Shown: piece by piece, positions 1 to 7,654 of the stretch
Numbering within the stretch: the stretch's first letter is position 1
How the letters are laid out: the number at the start of each line of letters is the position of its first letter
Source: a virus
Taxonomy: Duplodnaviria; Heunggongvirae; Uroviricota; Caudoviricetes
Length of the DNA stretch: 10,930 nucleotides
IMG/VR virus record: IMGVR_UViG_2684622580_000009
Reading direction: 5' to 3' (one strand)
The notes under the pieces: generated by a model
Seen by the model: only the letters and a program-made list of their open reading frames with translations
Database searches by the model: none
Told to the model about the DNA's origin: nothing
Translations under genes and position numbers: made by a program

Positions 1-316
1 TATAATAAACTTACTTTTTTATCATTTTTCCACTTTAACAACATTTTGCTCCACTTTTCCACGATCAAACAACTTGAAATCTGGTTAAAATAACACGCAA
101 CACTATTCTTCTTCCTTGAGTCCGCCCGGAACTCGAAAAACAAACCGAGTTAAAGCCATTTTTCACAAAATCGATTTTGGGTCTCACCAAAATTACGGGG
201 TTGCATACGCATTCGTTTATTTTCGAACGTGTACATACAAATATGCACAAAAATAATCAAAATTATTTTCTGAGATGCATTATGATATGAACACCAATTT
301 CGTATAGAGTCTCACT

Positions 317-907
317 ATGTCTCGAATTTTTGCTTACTGTCGGATATCAACGCTGGATCAGACCATCGAAAATCAACGCCGGGAAATCGAAAGTGCAGGT
401 TTTAAAATCAAACCTCAGCAAATAATCGAAGAACACATTAGCGGCTCAGCAGCAACCAGTGAGCGTCCTGGTTTTAACCGGTTGCTTGCTCGCCTGAAAT
501 GTGGTGATCAATTGATTGTGACAAAACTGGATCGCCTTGGTTGTAATGCAATGGATATCAGGAAAACAGTGGAACAACTGACCGAAACAGGTATCAGAGT
601 GCATTGCTTAGCATTGGGGGGCATTGACCTGACCAGTCCAACAGGAAAAATGATGATGCACGTAATTTCAGCAGTCGCTGAATTTGAACGAGACCTTTTA
701 CTTGAACGCACTCATTCCGGGATAGTAAGAGCCCGCGGCGCAGGGAAACGTTTTGGTCGACCACCTGTGTTAAATGAAGAACAGAAACAGGTGGTATTCG
801 AACGAATTAAGTCAGGTGTAAGTATAAGTGCCATTGCCCGGGAATTCAAAACCTCGCGGCAAACCATTTTAAGAGCCAAAGCAAAACTTCAGACACCTGA
901 CATATAA
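317..907 (+). CDS. pin: Serine recombinase (resolvase/invertase family), PinQ/PinR-like, 196 aa
   Basis: N-terminal catalytic motif YCRISTLDQ with active-site Ser, C-terminal HTH ([20 protein letters not shown]); length and sequence match my recollection of the 196-aa PinQ/PinR proteins of E. coli lambdoid prophages. GAG-rich sequence lies shortly upstream of the ATG at 317. Confidence 0.85.
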   Translation: MSRIFAYCRISTLDQTIENQRREIESAGFKIKPQQIIEEHISGSAATSERPGFNRLLARLKCGDQLIVTKLDRLGCNAMDIRKTVEQLTETGIRVHCLALGGIDLTSPTGKMMMHVISAVAEFERDLLLERTHSGIVRARGAGKRFGRPPVLNEEQKQVVFERIKSGVSISAIAREFKTSRQTILRAKAKLQTPDI

Positions 908-1004
908 AAAATAATCTCGGTGTGAGATGCTTTACGTCTTCCAAGCCCCCTTCCTTGCCGTAAATGGAAAGATACATCTAATTATAGAATTTATATGTTT
1001 TACC

Positions 1005-1580
1005 CTACGGCAGTGCTGGCCATTCAATATCCTGTGCAGTTGACGTATCAACACGGTTCAGCAACACCCGATACTTTTTCCAGGCTTCCAGCAATGAGGT
1101 TTCTTCCTCCGTTGCGATTTCCAGATCTACAGCATCCTGAAGTGGCGCAATATGCTCACTGGCTACCTGCATCAGGCTGTTTTTTGTTTCTTCCGCCTCT
1201 CGGATCCGGAACAGTTTTTCTGCTTCTGCATCTTTCACCCAGGCTGTGCCGTTCCACTTCTGAAACTCCCCTTCCGGCGATAACCAGGTAACATTTTCCG
1301 GTAACGGACCGAGTTCAGAAATAAATAACGCGTCCCCTGACGCTACGTCATAAACCGTTTTACCCCGATGGTCTTCAACGAGATGCCACGATGCCTTATC
1401 ACTGTTGAAAACAGCCACAAAGCCAGCAGGAATATCTGGTGGTGCAATATCGGTACTGTTTGCTGGCAGACCTGTATGAGGCGGAATATATGCGTCACCT
1501 TCACCAATAAATTCATTAGTTCCGGCCAGCAGATTATAAATTTTTATGGTCCGTGGTTGTTCACTCATTCTGAATGCCAT
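1005..1580 (-). CDS. tfa: Tail fibre assembly protein (lambda Tfa-like), 191 aa
   Basis: Near-identical over its length to recalled lambda Tfa ([54 protein letters not shown]...); sits immediately downstream of the stf-derived ORF with a start/stop overlap at 1580. Confidence 0.9.
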   Translation of the reverse strand: MAFRMSEQPRTIKIYNLLAGTNEFIGEGDAYIPPHTGLPANSTDIAPPDIPAGFVAVFNSDKASWHLVEDHRGKTVYDVASGDALFISELGPLPENVTWLSPEGEFQKWNGTAWVKDAEAEKLFRIREAEETKNSLMQVASEHIAPLQDAVDLEIATEEETSLLEAWKKYRVLLNRVDTSTAQDIEWPALP

Positions 1581-2626
1581 TATGCAAGCCTCACAATATA
1601 GTTAAATGCGATGTTTTTGACGGTGTTTTCCGCGTTACCAGCAGCGTTAACGGTGATGGTGTGTCCATGTGAACCAATCGCAACGGAGTGCGTGTGTGCA
1701 CCAATACCGACAGTATGTGCGTGTGCACCTGCAGATGCTGCTGTGCCGGACAGTGAGTGGCTATGGTTACCATCTGTACTGGTATTAGCTAACGCCCCCG
1801 TAGACATACCTACTGAGCCTTGTACACCCCAGGTATTTTGACCTGAGCTTGTATAACCATATTGATAAGTATCTTTAAAAACACTGGGGTTAAATCGACG
1901 GCCATCTCTATGGCTGTGATTACCAGCTGCATTCGTGCTGCCACTTAAACTATGGGTATGCGCACCAGTGTTATTCGTGGATTTAGTGCCGTAATCAAAC
2001 GACGATGTGGTTTTCGTCCCCAAATCCGTACTGGATGCGCTGGCGCTGTGGGTATGCGATTTAATGCCGTCCTGTTCCTGAGACAATACGGCCCGACCAC
2101 TGGCAGGTTTGCCCTTAATCGTCCAGCCACGCATATCAGGGATCACGCCTGACGGATAAGCGGCTGCAAGTTTCGGGTATGCAGATTTGTCAAAAGTCTG
2201 CCCCTGCATCAGGGCATAGCCAGACGGAACGGTATCTGATGGCCACGGGATTGGTGCGCCAGGCGGATAAAACTGCTCTGATGGCGTATAGAGTGAATAA
2301 ACTGTACCGTCCGTTAACCCTTCCGGCTTATTAGCAGAATATGCTGGTGACGTATGAATCGTCACGTTGGCATTACTGGTATAACCGACACGGGCAGACT
2401 TCACCACATTCACCTCGCGGATGTAGTCGCTGCCCATCGCATTCATGATGGCCCGCTGAAAGGGCAGTGTTTCCCAGCGCCCTTCCTGGTATGCGGATTC
2501 TTTCGGGAGATAGTAATTAGCATCCGCCCATTCAACGGCGGTCTGTGGCTCCGGCCTGAACAGTGAGCGAAGCCCGGCGCGGACAAAATGCCGTAGCCTG
2601 TTAACCTGACTGTTCGATATATTCAC
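1580..2626 (-). CDS. Chimeric ORF: terminase large subunit A N-terminus (about 83 codons) fused in frame to the C-terminal region of side tail fibre Stf (about 265 codons)
   Basis: Residues 1-83 ([83 protein letters not shown]) match lambda gpA N-terminus; the remainder ([11 protein letters not shown]...GAHTHS...[29 protein letters not shown]) matches the lambda Stf C-terminus with its His-rich GxHxH repeats. Start overlaps the Nu1 3' end as in lambda. Junction near 2376-2379. Confidence 0.85.
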   Translation of the reverse strand: MNISNSQVNRLRHFVRAGLRSLFRPEPQTAVEWADANYYLPKESAYQEGRWETLPFQRAIMNAMGSDYIREVNVVKSARVGYTSNANVTIHTSPAYSANKPEGLTDGTVYSLYTPSEQFYPPGAPIPWPSDTVPSGYALMQGQTFDKSAYPKLAAAYPSGVIPDMRGWTIKGKPASGRAVLSQEQDGIKSHTHSASASSTDLGTKTTSSFDYGTKSTNNTGAHTHSLSGSTNAAGNHSHRDGRRFNPSVFKDTYQYGYTSSGQNTWGVQGSVGMSTGALANTSTDGNHSHSLSGTAASAGAHAHTVGIGAHTHSVAIGSHGHTITVNAAGNAENTVKNIAFNYIVRLA

Positions 2627-3146
2627 TCAGCAACCCCGGTATCAGTTCATCCAGCGCGGCTGCTTTGTTCATGGCTTTGATGATATCCCGTTTCAGGAAA
2701 TCAACATGTCGGTTTTCCAGTTCCGGAAAACGCCGCTGCACCGACAGGGGGATCCCGTCGAGAATACTGGCAATTTCACCTGCGATCCGCGACAGCACGA
2801 AAGTACAGAATGCGGTTTCCACCACTTCAGCGGAGTCTCTGGCATTTTTCAGCTCCTGTGCGTCGGCCTGCGCACGCGTAAGTCGATGGCGTTCGTACTC
2901 AATAGTCCCTGGCTGGAGATCTGTCTCGCTGGCCTGCCGCAGTTCTTCAACTTCCCGGCGCAGCTTTTCGTTCTCAATTTCAGCATCCCTTTCGGCATAC
3001 CATTTTATGACGGCGGCAGAATCATAAAGCACCTCATTACCCTTGCCACCGCCTCGCAGAACGGGCATTCCCTGCTCCTGCCAGTTCTGAATGGTACGGA
3101 TACTCGCACCGAAAATATCAGCCAGCTGCTTTTTGTTGACTTCCAT
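2601..3146 (-). CDS. nu1: Terminase small subunit Nu1 (lambda Nu1-like, NohD/NohQ-type), 181 aa
   Basis: Essentially identical to recalled lambda Nu1 ([71 protein letters not shown]...EYIEQSG); N-terminal winged HTH; correct spacing (about 190 bp) from cosN. Confidence 0.92.
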   Translation of the reverse strand: MEVNKKQLADIFGASIRTIQNWQEQGMPVLRGGGKGNEVLYDSAAVIKWYAERDAEIENEKLRREVEELRQASETDLQPGTIEYERHRLTRAQADAQELKNARDSAEVVETAFCTFVLSRIAGEIASILDGIPLSVQRRFPELENRHVDFLKRDIIKAMNKAAALDELIPGLLSEYIEQSG

Positions 3147-3480
3147 TGTTCATTCCACGGACAAAAACAGAGAAAGGAAACGACAGAGGCCAAAAAGCTC
3201 GCTTTCAGCACCTGTCGTTTCCTTTCTTTTCAGAGGGTATTTTAAATAAAAACATTAAGTTATGACGAAGAAGAACGGAAACGCCTTAAACCGGAAAATT
3301 TTCATAAATAGCGAAAACCCGCGAGGTCGCCGCCCCGTAACCTGTCGGATCGCCGGAAAGGACCCGCAAAATGATAATAATTATCATCTACATGTCACAA
3401 CGTGCATCTACGCCATCAAACCACGTCAAATAATCAATTATGACGCAGGTATCGTATTAATTGATCTGCATCAACTTAAC
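3147..3480. other. cos: Lambda-type cos site: cosB (3147-3323), cosN 12-nt cohesive-end sequence (3324-3335), cosQ side (3336 to about 3480)
   Basis: 3324-3335 AGGTCGCCGCCC is the reverse complement of the lambda left cohesive end GGGCGGCGACCT. Flanking DNA matches recalled lambda left-end sequence (to 3147) and lambda right-end sequence (CGTAACCTGTCGGATC...ATTATGACGCAGGTATCGTATTAATTGATCTGC, 3336 to about 3470) with a few substitutions. Confidence 0.85.
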
Positions 3481-3534
3481 GTAAAAAAAACTTCAGACAA
3501 TACAAATCAGCGACACTGAATACGGGGCAACCTC

Positions 3535-3729
3535 ATGTCAACGAAGAACAGAACCCGCAGAACAACAACCCGCAACATCCGCTTTCCTAACCAAATGATT
3601 GAACAAATTAACATCGCTCTTGAGCAAAAAGGGTCCGGGAATTTCTCAGCCTGGGTCATTGAAGCCTGCCGCCGGAGACTAACGTCAGAAAAGAGAGCAT
3701 ATACATCAATCCAAAGTGATGATGAATAA
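3535..3729 (+). CDS. ylcI: Small hypothetical protein, 64 aa, ribbon-helix-helix-like; tentatively YlcI/DUF3950-like
   Basis: Basic Arg/Thr-rich N-terminus followed by RNIRFPNQMIEQINIALEQKGSGNFSAWVIEACRRRL, which resembles an RHH (Arc/MetJ/CopG-type) fold. Length and position next to cos/Nu1 match what I recall for ylcI of DLP12. The symbol is tentative. Confidence 0.5.
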   Translation: MSTKNRTRRTTTRNIRFPNQMIEQINIALEQKGSGNFSAWVIEACRRRLTSEKRAYTSIQSDDE

Positions 3730-4088
3730 ACATCCCGGTTTCTTCCACCATCGCACCGGAAAAGCGACTATGAGGGTAACCCTGCGTCTGTCAGCACAGT
3801 AAAACCCGGTGTGCATCGTTTTTGATTATTCCCGCACACTCACGCAGAAGGAATTCCCCGTCGGGCTACGGTCATGGTTAATGCGGGAATACGGCGACGA
3901 TACAGCGCAGCTAAAAGGGTAATGGACAGAAAGAGCGGTTTATTTCATTCCACAGGATTCTGAGTGCCCCCCTCCTCCAATAGGCTGAGCATCCACCTAT
4001 ATAGTTTTAATTTTCATCAATCCATTTAACTATCGTTTAATTGTTGTCACATAGGATTCTGCCGTTTTTAACAATGCAGGATAATAAG

Positions 4089-4382
4089 ATGAAAAAAATG
4101 TTGTTTTCTGCCGCTCTGGCAATGCTTATTACAGGATGTGCTCAACAGACGTTTACTGTTGGAAACAAACCGACAGCAGTAACACCAAAGGAAACCATCA
4201 CCCATCACTTCTTCGTTTCGGGAATTGGACAGGAGAAAACTGTTGATGCAGCCAAAATTTGTGGCGGCGCAGAAAATGTTGTTAAAACAGAAACCCAGCA
4301 AACATTCGTAAATGGATTGCTCGGTTTTATTACTTTAGGCATTTATACTCCGCTGGAAGCGCGTGTGTATTGCTCACAATAA
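4089..4382 (+). CDS. bor: Bor lipoprotein (serum-resistance, lysogenic-conversion cargo), 97 aa
   Basis: MKKMLFSAALAMLITGCAQQ signal peptide with lipobox LITGC; matches recalled lambda Bor. RBS AGGATAA upstream of the ATG at 4089. The ORF-track start at 4041 is probably an upstream in-frame extension. Confidence 0.9.
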   Translation: MKKMLFSAALAMLITGCAQQTFTVGNKPTAVTPKETITHHFFVSGIGQEKTVDAAKICGGAENVVKTETQQTFVNGLLGFITLGIYTPLEARVYCSQ

Positions 4383-4413
4383 TTGCATGAGTTGCCCATC
4401 GATATGGGCAGCT

Positions 4414-4944
4414 CTATCTGCACTGCTCATTAATATACTTCTGGGTTCCTTCCAGTTGTTTTTGCATAGTGATCAGCCTCTCTCTGAGGGTGAAATAATC
4501 CCGTTCAGCGGTGTCTGCCAGTCGGGGGGAGGCTGCATTATCCACGCCGGAGGCGGTGGTGGCTTCACGCACTGACTGACAGACTGCTTTGATGTGCAAC
4601 CGACGACGACCAGCGGCAACATCATCACGCAGAGCATCATTTTCAGCTTTCGCATCAGCTAACTCCTTCGTGTATTTTGCATCGAGCGCAGCAACATCAC
4701 GCTGACGCATCTGCATGTCAGTAATTGCCGCGTTCGCCAGCTTCAGTTCTCTGGCATTTTTGTCGCGCTGGGCTTTGTAGGTAATGGCGTTATCACGGTA
4801 ATGATTAACAGCCCATGACAGGCCGACGATGATGCAGATAACCAGAGCGGAGATAATCGCGGTTATGCCCGTGACATACAGTCCATACACCAACAATATC
4901 TTTATATGGTATGTAGCTGACACCTTCCAGACCATCGTCACCAC
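4414..4944 (-). CDS. Rz: Rz-like i-spanin, 5' end replaced: lambda Rz homology runs from 4414 to about 4866; the ATG at 4944 is non-native
   Basis: From [14 protein letters not shown]... to ...KYINEQCR the product is near-identical to recalled lambda Rz from codon 5 onward. The first roughly 26 codons of this ORF are instead out-of-frame endolysin DNA. Native Rz start and RBS are absent. Confidence 0.8.
   Translation of the reverse strand: MVTMVWKVSATYHIKILLVYGLYVTGITAIISALVICIIVGLSWAVNHYRDNAITYKAQRDKNARELKLANAAITDMQMRQRDVAALDAKYTKELADAKAENDALRDDVAAGRRRLHIKAVCQSVREATTASGVDNAASPRLADTAERDYFTLRERLITMQKQLEGTQKYINEQCR
4473..4655 (-). CDS. Rz1: Rz1 o-spanin lipoprotein, 60 aa, embedded in the +1 frame of Rz
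   Basis: [60 protein letters not shown]: lipobox VVGC and proline-rich segment, near-identical to recalled lambda Rz1. Confidence 0.85.
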   Translation of the reverse strand: MRKLKMMLCVMMLPLVVVGCTSKQSVSQCVKPPPPPAWIMQPPPDWQTPLNGIISPSERG

Positions 4945-5029
4945 TCGGACCAGTGATGAGCACAGACGCTATGGCAACAGCCCCACCACCAATAGCAGCT
5001 GCTACAGCCTTGCGTAATGATGGCGACAT
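4805..5029 (-). pseudogene. rrrD: Truncated SAR-endolysin (phage 21 R / RrrD-type lysozyme): only the first 55 codons are retained, followed by 19 out-of-frame codons
   Basis: [55 protein letters not shown] matches the SAR signal-anchor and start of the catalytic region of P21-type endolysins. The frame then runs into Rz DNA and stops at 74 aa, where a complete enzyme is about 165 aa. Start overlaps the holin stop (TAATG). Confidence 0.8.
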
Positions 5030-5244
5030 TATTCACCTCTCGCAGCCTTGCGCTTATCTTCTTTAATCTTGAAATAAAGGTTTGTCAGGTACGTCAGCAG
5101 GCCAAATACCAGGCTACCCAGCACTCCAATTGCCGCCCACTGTGAGGGCGTGACTTTATCTAGCAGCTGTAAAAACCAGTACCCGGCACTACCTGCTGAG
5201 GTGCCATAGGCGACACCCGTTGTTAACTTATCCATGGATTTCAT
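5029..5244 (-). CDS. essD: Class II holin / pinholin (phage 21 S-type, EssD-like), 71 aa, with dual-start motif
   Basis: [71 protein letters not shown]: two TMDs and a charged C-terminus; Met1-Lys2-Ser3-Met4 gives the antiholin/holin dual start typical of S21. Confidence 0.88.
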
Positions 5245-5357
5245 AACCCCACCTCGCAGACAAAGCGGGTGTAAATTGAGGGAATACTACGAAACGTAAC
5301 AGACTCGGAGTCAGTGAATAACTCAGGTATTGGGTTATCAGCTAATATCGAGACTCA

Positions 5358-5389
5358 AAAAATGGAAAAACCCGCTCGACGGCGGGTTT
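5358..5389 (-). terminator. Candidate rho-independent terminator on the minus strand, about 115 bp upstream of the holin start
   Basis: Minus-strand read: CCCGC-cgtcga-GCGGG stem-loop followed directly by TTTTTCCATTTTTT. The plus-strand read has only TTT after the stem. Confidence 0.55.
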
Positions 5390-5816
5390 AAGCTGTGTGA
5401 CGAAGTAACCACTCTTAACAGCATAACCAATTTTTTACGTACGTAAACCACTAAATGATATTTGCGAGAATGCTACCGAGTATTGAAAACACCACTACAA
5501 ATACATAAGCAAATCTCAACAAATAACCAACAAATTATTTCCAGTGTTATTTTTAGCTTATTTAAATTGAACCTTCAAATTATAGAGCGCTTATAAATAA
5601 CAGCCGTTAATATAAATTGGCTAATAGATTTATTTTTATTCAGCAAAGAGCTATGAATAGGATTCGATAGAAAAAAGTTCAGATAAAAATAGAGATCTAC
5701 TTCACAAATCAAACGAGAAACCAAAACTTACATCTTGAAATAATCACATTGATTAGATGAATATTTATCGCGCAGTGACATCATTTTTTAATAATAGTTC
5801 AAAAAAAGGGCTCACG

Positions 5817-6914
5817 ATGAAAAAATTAACAGTGGCAATTTCTGCTGTAGCTGCATCAGTACTGATGGCGATGTCTGCTCAGGCAGCTGAAATTTATAAT
5901 AAAGACAGTAACAAGCTGGATCTGTACGGGAAAGTTAATGCTAAGCACTACTTCTCCTCTAATGATGCAGATGATGGTGATACTACTTATGCCCGTCTTG
6001 GCTTCAAAGGTGAAACCCAAATCAACGATCAACTGACTGGTTTCGGTCAGTGGGAATATGAATTCAAAGGCAACCGCGCTGAATCTCAAGGTTCCTCCAA
6101 AGACAAAACCCGTCTTGCATTTGCAGGCCTGAAATTCGGTGACTACGGCTCAATCGATTACGGCCGTAACTACGGTGTAGCATACGACATCGGTGCGTGG
6201 ACTGACGTTCTGCCAGAATTCGGTGGCGATACCTGGACCCAAACAGATGTGTTCATGACTGGTCGCACCACTGGTGTTGCAACCTATCGTAACAACGACT
6301 TCTTTGGTCTGGTTGATGGTCTGAACTTTGCTGCTCAGTACCAAGGCAAAAACGATCGTAGCGATTTCGATAACTACACTGAAGGTAACGGTGATGGCTT
6401 CGGTTTCTCTGCTACCTATGAATACGAAGGATTCGGTATCGGTGCAACTTATGCGAAATCTGATCGTACCGACACTCAAGTTAATGCAGGGAAAGTTCTT
6501 CCTGAAGTATTTGCTTCCGGTAAAAATGCAGAAGTTTGGGCCGCAGGTCTGAAATATGACGCTAACAACATTTACCTGGCCACTACCTATTCTGAAACCC
6601 AGAATATGACTGTATTTGCTGATCACTTCGTTGCTAATAAAGCCCAAAACTTCGAAGCTGTTGCACAATATCAGTTCGATTTCGGTCTGCGTCCGTCCGT
6701 TGCTTACCTGCAATCTAAAGGTAAGGATCTTGGAGTATGGGGCGATCAGGACTTAGTCAAATATGTTGATGTAGGTGCAACCTATTACTTCAACAAAAAT
6801 ATGTCTACTTTCGTTGATTACAAAATCAACCTGCTTGACAAAAATGACTTCACTAAAGCACTCGGTGTAAGCACTGATGACATCGTTGCTGTAGGTCTGG
6901 TTTACCAGTTCTAA
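5817..6914 (+). CDS. nmpC: Outer-membrane general porin, NmpC/OmpD/Lc-type, intact, 365 aa precursor
   Basis: Signal peptide [23 protein letters not shown] then [17 protein letters not shown]..., C-terminal VGLVYQF beta-barrel terminal motif with terminal Phe; matches recalled NmpC. The ATG at 5817 is preferred to the upstream ATG at 5757 because it starts the signal peptide and has a purine-rich stretch upstream. It sits opposite to the late genes between Q and S, as in DLP12/PA-2. Confidence 0.9.
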   Translation: MKKLTVAISAVAASVLMAMSAQAAEIYNKDSNKLDLYGKVNAKHYFSSNDADDGDTTYARLGFKGETQINDQLTGFGQWEYEFKGNRAESQGSSKDKTRLAFAGLKFGDYGSIDYGRNYGVAYDIGAWTDVLPEFGGDTWTQTDVFMTGRTTGVATYRNNDFFGLVDGLNFAAQYQGKNDRSDFDNYTEGNGDGFGFSATYEYEGFGIGATYAKSDRTDTQVNAGKVLPEVFASGKNAEVWAAGLKYDANNIYLATTYSETQNMTVFADHFVANKAQNFEAVAQYQFDFGLRPSVAYLQSKGKDLGVWGDQDLVKYVDVGATYYFNKNMSTFVDYKINLLDKNDFTKALGVSTDDIVAVGLVYQF

Positions 6915-6920
6915 TCTGAT

Positions 6921-6964
6921 TACGAAAAAGATATGTTGCGGGAGGCGTTGCCTCCCCAACATAT
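6921..6964 (-). terminator. Long imperfect palindrome (about 15-bp arms, one bulge) followed on the minus strand by CTTTTT; candidate tR'-like terminator of a short Q-proximal transcript
   Basis: ATATGTTGCGGGAGGC-GTT-GCCTCCCCAACATAT (6931-6964); the minus-strand read is followed by a T5 run (6925-6930). It lies about 180 nt downstream of the Q stop, similar in scale to the lambda pR'-tR' 6S unit. Confidence 0.45.
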
Positions 6965-7103
6965 AAGTGGCTCCCTCAAGCCACTTCCTTTAGAAGCACA
7001 ACCTTGCTTCTAACTATATAAACCTTCTGTTATATATTACCCTTTATTTTTGGGGGCGTCTCAACGCCCCATTTTTAATAATTTTTAGTAAACAATTGGC
7101 ATA
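6965..7103 (-). promoter_or_regulatory. Candidate late promoter (pR'-like) and Q-utilisation region immediately downstream of the Q gene
   Basis: Position only: in lambdoid phages pR' and qut lie directly downstream of Q. The segment is AT-rich and holds three further hairpins (6965-6986, 6992-7010, 7053-7070). No -10/-35 pair could be assigned confidently by eye. Confidence 0.3.
7053..7086 (+). terminator. Rho-independent terminator on the plus strand downstream of the porin gene
   Basis: GGGGCGT-ctca-ACGCCCC stem-loop (7053-7070) followed by ATTTTTAATAATTTTT. Confidence 0.6.
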
Positions 7104-7487
7104 TTAATTAGAGTTATTAACAACGATATCCATCTCTAACCGGATATCTAATGCCATTAACATCCCTTCAATTATGCCCTCAGCCTTCTGTAACCTTTTC
7201 CCGATATAACCATCAGAGCAGCAATGCTTACCTGCCAGTGACATGAATGTCATACCGACTACATAATAATCTACTAATAAATCGTGCAAATCGCTGTTGT
7301 TCTTTTTCAGACGGGCCATGCACCCGCAAATGATCATCGCGTCATCGTCACAACATTGCGGGCGAGATTTTACTTTTGAAGGAATTAATCCCTTAAAACC
7401 GGCGGCAATGGACGACCAGGTCACATCTTCATGATTATTAGCCGCCCACGCTCCCCAACGTTCAAGAACCATCTGAATATCACGCAT
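7104..7487 (-). CDS. quuD: Late-gene antiterminator Q (phage 82 / QuuD-type), 127 aa
   Basis: [60 protein letters not shown]... matches recalled QuuD/Q82, including the Cys-rich zinc-binding region. The ORF-track start at 7502 adds 5 upstream codons; the ATG at 7487 is preferred. Confidence 0.88.
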   Translation of the reverse strand: MRDIQMVLERWGAWAANNHEDVTWSSIAAGFKGLIPSKVKSRPQCCDDDAMIICGCMARLKKNNSDLHDLLVDYYVVGMTFMSLAGKHCCSDGYIGKRLQKAEGIIEGMLMALDIRLEMDIVVNNSN

Positions 7488-7654
7488 TAACTTTCTCCAC
7501 AAAATCAGGCCAGCACACCAATCGCCAGTGCGCGATCGATAAAACGAAATATCAGCTCCAGCTGGGAGCCATACTTCTCTTCAAATGCCACGGTACCCGT
7601 TATTCTAAAGATCTTGCAGATGAAGGCACCCGCTGCTTTATCGATGCCGATAAT

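Noticed and set aside
65-250. 61-aa minus-strand ORF in the AT-rich region upstream of pin
   Set aside because: No recognisable domain, odd Cys/Arg-rich composition, no convincing RBS; most likely a chance ORF in non-coding DNA.
508-711. 67-aa ORF antisense to the recombinase gene
   Set aside because: Lies wholly inside the well-supported pin CDS on the opposite strand; antisense artefact.
1611-1841. Cys-rich 76-aa plus-strand ORF and apparent short tandem periodicity inside the fibre gene
   Set aside because: It is the antisense read of the His-rich GxHxH repeats of the Stf C-terminus (CAC/CAT codons read as GTG/TGT); the periodicity is protein-coding repeat structure, not a CRISPR or satellite array.
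2665-3245. Two overlapping plus-strand ORFs of 120 and 179 aa
   Set aside because: Both lie antisense to the near-perfectly conserved Nu1 gene and the cosB region; low-complexity Ser/Arg-rich products.
4394-4409. Short hairpin GCCCAT-cgat-ATGGGC between the convergent bor and Rz genes
   Set aside because: Only 6 bp of stem and no U-tract on either strand; not convincing as an intrinsic terminator.
4363-4575. 70-aa plus-strand ORF with poly-Gly stretch
   Set aside because: Antisense to Rz/Rz1; the Gly run mirrors the proline-rich (CCN codon) segment of Rz1.
6150-6713. 187-aa minus-strand ORF
   Set aside because: Entirely antisense within the porin CDS, which has an unambiguous signal peptide and beta-barrel C-terminus on the plus strand.
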